DNA of 63,702 nt, filler included, from Chiloscyllium plagiosum (lineage: Eukaryota), in the NCBI RefSeq assembly GCF_004010195.1. It is 4 parts of one record of this genome, joined end to end, with 100 filler letters (N's around TTAATTAATTAA, not from the genome) between each part and the next. Parts side by side here need not be neighbours in the genome. Positions count along the whole stretch, not along the records: positions 59,909 to 63,702 come from NC_057716.1; 3 more parts are not named here. One strand, given 5' to 3'. The notes under the pieces were generated by a model, which was given only the letters and a program-made list of their open reading frames with translations, was not told the DNA's origin and made no database searches. A program made the translations under genes and the position numbers. Numbering within the stretch: position 1 is the first letter of the stretch; each line of letters starts with the position of its first letter. Shown here piece after piece: positions 59,909 through 63,702 of this stretch.

Positions 59909-60720
59909 GAGTTTAATTCAGATAAATGCGAGGTGCTGCATTTTGGGAAAGCAAATCTTAGCAGGACTTAAACACTTAATGGTAAGGTCCTTGGAGGCGT
60001 TGCTGAACAAAAAGACCTTGGAGTGCAGGTTCATAGCTCCTTGAAAGTTGAGTCACAGATAGATAGGATAGTGAAGAAGGCGTTTGGTATGCTTTCCTTT
60101 ATTGGTCAGAGTATTGAGTACTGGAGTTGGGAGGTCATGTTACAGCTGTACAGGACATTGGTTAGGCCACTGTTGGAATATTGCGTGCAATTCTGATCTC
60201 CTTCCTATCGGATAGATGTTGTGAAACTTGAAAGGGTTCAGAAAAGATTTACAAGGATCTGGCAGGGTTGGAGGATTTGAGCTATAAGGAGAGGTTGAAT
60301 AGGCTGGGGCTGTTTTCTCTGGAGCGTCGGAGGCTGAGGGGTGACCTTATAGAGGTTTACAAAATTATGAGGGGCACGGATAGGGTGAATAGGCAAAGTC
60401 TTGTCCCTGGGGTCGGGGAGTCCAGAACTAGAGGGCATAGGTTTAGGGTGAGAGGGGAAAGATATAAAAGAAACCTAAGGGGCAATCTTTACACGCAGAC
60501 GGTGGTACATGTATGGAATGAGCTGCCAGAGGATGTGGTGGAGGCTGGTACAATTGCAACATTTAAGAGACATTTGGATGGGTATATGAATAGGAAGGGT
60601 TTGGAGGGATATGGGCCGGGTGCTGGCAGGTGGGACTAGATTGAGCTGGGATATCTGGTCGGCATGGACAGGTTGGACCGAAGGGTCTGTTTCCATGCTG
60701 TACATCTCTATGACTCTATG
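59909..60720 (+). mobile_element. CR1 3' fragment
   Basis: LFSLERRRLRGDLIEVYKI...GYGPGAGRWD; tail ctctatgactctatg. Confidence 0.92.
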
Positions 60721-60845
60721 ACACTGATGAAGGAGCAGCGCTCTGAAAGCTAGTGCTTCCAATTAAACCTGTTGGACTATAACCTGGTGTTGTGTGATTT
60801 TTAACTTTATACACCCCAGACCAACACCGGCTCCTCCAAATCATC
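60721..60845 (+). mobile_element. Second-family Penelope-derived short element starting at a hammerhead core
   Basis: CTGATGA at 60724-60730, stem ggagc/gctct, GAAA at 60745-60748, then GCTA. Confidence 0.7.
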
Positions 60846-62450
60846 CTAACATAATTCTCCTTTGTCCTCTTGACAAGAGATTCAACTTCTTTCGTAAACC
60901 ACAGTTCCCTTGCTCGACCACTTCCTCCCTGCCTGACAGGTATACACTTATCTAGGACACACAGTCGCTGTTCCTTGAATAAGCTCCACATTTCAATTGT
61001 GCCCATCCCCTGCATCCTAAATCTTGTCTAATCGTATCATAATTGCCTTTCCCCCAGCAATAATTCTTGCCCTGTGGTGTATAACTATCCCTTTCCATTG
61101 GGAAAGTAAACATAACCAAATTGTGGTCACTATCACTAAAGTGCTCACCTCCCTCCAAATCTAACACCTGGTCTAGTTCATTACCCAGTACCTAATTCTT
61201 TATTCATTCACGGGATGAGGGCGTCGCTGGCTACTCAGCATTTATTGCCCATACCTAATTGCCCAGAGGGCAGTTAAGAGTCAACCACATTGCTGTGGGT
61301 CTGGAGTCACATATAGGCCAGACCAGGTAAAGATGGCAGTTTCCTTCCCTAAAGGGCATTAGTGACCCAGATGGGTTTTTCCAAAAATCCAACAATGGAT
61401 TCATGGTCACCATTAGATTCTTAATTCCAGATATTTTATTAAATTCAAGTTCCACCACCTGCCATGTCAGGATTCAAACCCAGATTGCTATAATGTTTTC
61501 TGGGTCTCTGGATTAGCAGTCCAGCGATAATACCACTTGGCCATTGCCTCGCCCTCAATGTGGCCTCGCCCCTTGTTGGCCTGTCTACATACTGTGTCAG
61601 GAAACCCTCCTGCACATGTTGGACAAAATCTGACCCATCTAAAGAACTTGAATTATAGTATTCCCAGTCAATATTTGGAAAGTTAAAGCCCCCATAGCAA
61701 CTACCCTGTTACTGTCGCTCCTATCCAGAATTATCTTTGCTATCCTGTCCTCTACGTCTCTGGAACTTTTCAGAGGCCAGTAGGAAACTGCCAACAGGGT
61801 GACCTTCCATGTGGTACCTTGTCAAAGATCTCACTGAAGTTCATGTTAACTACATCTACTGTACTATCCTCATCAATATAGTCAGTCACATCTTCAAAAA
61901 CTCAATGAGTCAGGCAAGATCTCCTTCCATTAAATCTGTGCTGACTATCCCTAATCAATCCCTGCCTTTCCAAGTATTGATTAATCCTGTCTCTCAGAAT
62001 TGTTTCCAATAATTTCCCTCTCCCTGCTGTCAGACTATCTGCTGTGTAATTACCTGGCCTCTCCCTGCTGCCCGTCTTGAACAAAGGAACCCCATTAGCT
62101 ATCCTCCAGTAATCTGGCACTTCACCTATGGCCAGCGAGGTTTTAAATATCTCCACCAGGGCCTCAGCAATCGCCCCCCTCACCTCCCATAGCAGCCTGG
62201 GATACATCCCCTCAGGCCCTGGGGATTTATACACCTTTATGCTCACTAAAACATCTAATACCTCCTCCTTACTAATCTTACCATGTTCTAGGAGCTCACC
62301 ATCCTAACTGAAACCTCCAGCTAAAGTATCTTGCTCCTCTGTGAATACAGATGAGGAATAGTCATTTCAGACTTCACCTACATCCAATGGCGACAGATTG
62401 TCCCTTTGGTCTCTGATAGGCCCCACTCTTACCCAGGTAATCCTCTTGCT
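60846..62450 (-). mobile_element. CR1 ORF2 fragments (endonuclease SDH motif; RT N-terminus) with a second-family SINE inserted at 61195-61550
   Basis: GEHFSDSDHN; KSPGPEGMYPRLL...PDYWRIANGVPLFK. Confidence 0.85.
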
Positions 62451-62464
62451 CTGAGAGCAAATAG

Positions 62465-62997
62465 CATAGAACATAGTAACGACATAGAACAGTACAGGCC
62501 CTTCAGCCCCAGTCAAGTGTGTGTTGCTGGAAAAGCACCGCAGGTCAGGCAGCATCCAGGGAGCAGGAGAATTGACATTTCAGGCAAAAGTCCTTTATCA
62601 GGAACCTCAATATCCTTCAGCTCTTAGTGTTGTGCAGACCTTTTGTCCTACTCTAAGATCAAACTAACCCACATATCCTTCATTATACTATTATCCATGT
62701 GCCTATCCAAGAGTCACTGAAATGTCCCTAATGTCTCTGACTCTACTCCCACCACTGGCAATGCATTCCTCATTACCACCACTCTCTGTGGAAAGAACTG
62801 ACTCTGAAATCTCCCCTAAACCTTCCTCCATTCACCTGAAAATTATGCCCCGGTGTGATAGCCATTTCCACCCTGAGAAAAAGTCTCTGGCTATCTACTC
62901 TATCTATGCCCCTCTTCATCCTGTACACCTCTATCAAGTCACCTCTCATCCTTCTTCACTCCAATGAGAAAAGCCCTAGCTCCCTCAACCTTTCTTC
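62465..62997 (-). mobile_element. CR1 3' end (with a Penelope-derived insert at about 62510-62605)
   Basis: Reverse-complement tail catagaacagtacaggcccttc; RT C-terminus up to ccctcaacctttcttc. Confidence 0.85.
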
Positions 62998-63702
62998 CGC
63001 TGGCTACGTCTGTGGGAAGTGCACCCAACTCCTTGAAAACCGCGTTAGGGAATTGGAGCTGGAGCTGGATGAGCTACGGATCATTCGGGAGGCTGAGGGG
63101 GTAATTGAGAGGAGTTACTGGGAGTTGGTCACTCCTAAGGCTCAGGGCAAGGATAGATGGGTTACAGTTAGGGGGAGGAAAGGGGACAGACAGACAGTGC
63201 AGAGATCCCCTGTGGACATTCCCCTCAGCAATAAGTATATCGGTTTGGATACTACTGGGGGGGATGACCTACCAGAGGAAAGCCATAGCAGTCAGTTCTC
63301 TGGCACTGAGCCTGACACTGTGGCAAAGAAGGGAAGGGGGCAGAATAGAAAAGTACTCGTGGTAGGGACTCGATAGTTAGGGGAATCGACAGGAGATTTT
63401 GTGGTCAGGACCGGGATTCCCGGAAGGTATGTTGCTTCCCTGGTGCCAGGGTCTGGGATGTCTCCGATCGGGTGTATGAGGTTCTGAAAGGGGAGGGCGA
63501 ACAGCCAGAAATCGTGTTACATATTGGCACTAATGATATAGCCAGGAAAAGGATTGCAGATATAAAAAGTGATTTCAGGGAGTTAGGGTGGAAGCTGTAA
63601 AGCAGGACGAACAGAGTAGTGTTCTCTAGTTTACTACCGGTGCCATGAGATAGCGAGGCGAGGAACAGGGAGCGGGTGCAGCGTAACACGTGGCTGCGCA
63701 GC
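62998..63702 (+). pseudogene. CR1 ORF1 remnant (zinc finger/leucine zipper plus SGNH esterase domain), disrupted
   Basis: YVCGKCTQLLENRVRELELELDELRIIRE; VLVVG/DSIVR (frameshift near 63365); CFPGARV; LHIGTND; in-frame stops near 63600 and 63647. Confidence 0.85.

Overview
Repeat-rich cartilaginous-fish genomic DNA; elasmobranch origin is inferred from HE1-type SINEs and shark-type CR1 LINEs. It contains 12 coding exons of SPEG (striated muscle enriched protein kinase) on the minus strand between 25592 and 59518. Nine phase-consistent exons encode Ig-Ig-FN3-Ig-Ig, and three encode the C-lobe and tail of kinase domain 1. The N-lobe/catalytic exons and everything after the SRRRWQ exon are absent, most likely hidden in 100-bp scaffold gaps that carry an artificial TTAATTAATTAA linker. 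The rest is decayed and recent CR1-group LINEs, two tRNA-derived SINE families, Deu-domain SINE relics, a Rex1/Babar tail, a Tc1/pogo-type MITE and many minisatellites. The most notable non-genic signals are (i) short Penelope-derived foldback insertions with 11-17 bp target-site duplications and minimal hammerhead-ribozyme cores, one of which captured 171 bp of neighbouring DNA; (ii) several satellites visibly born in place from LINE or SINE sequence; (iii) two near-perfect hairpins; (iv) a possible twin-primed CR1; and (v) an old local duplication plus an orphan exon and promoter-like motif cluster in the first 17 kb. All family names come from motif recognition, not database searches, and repeat boundaries are approximate.
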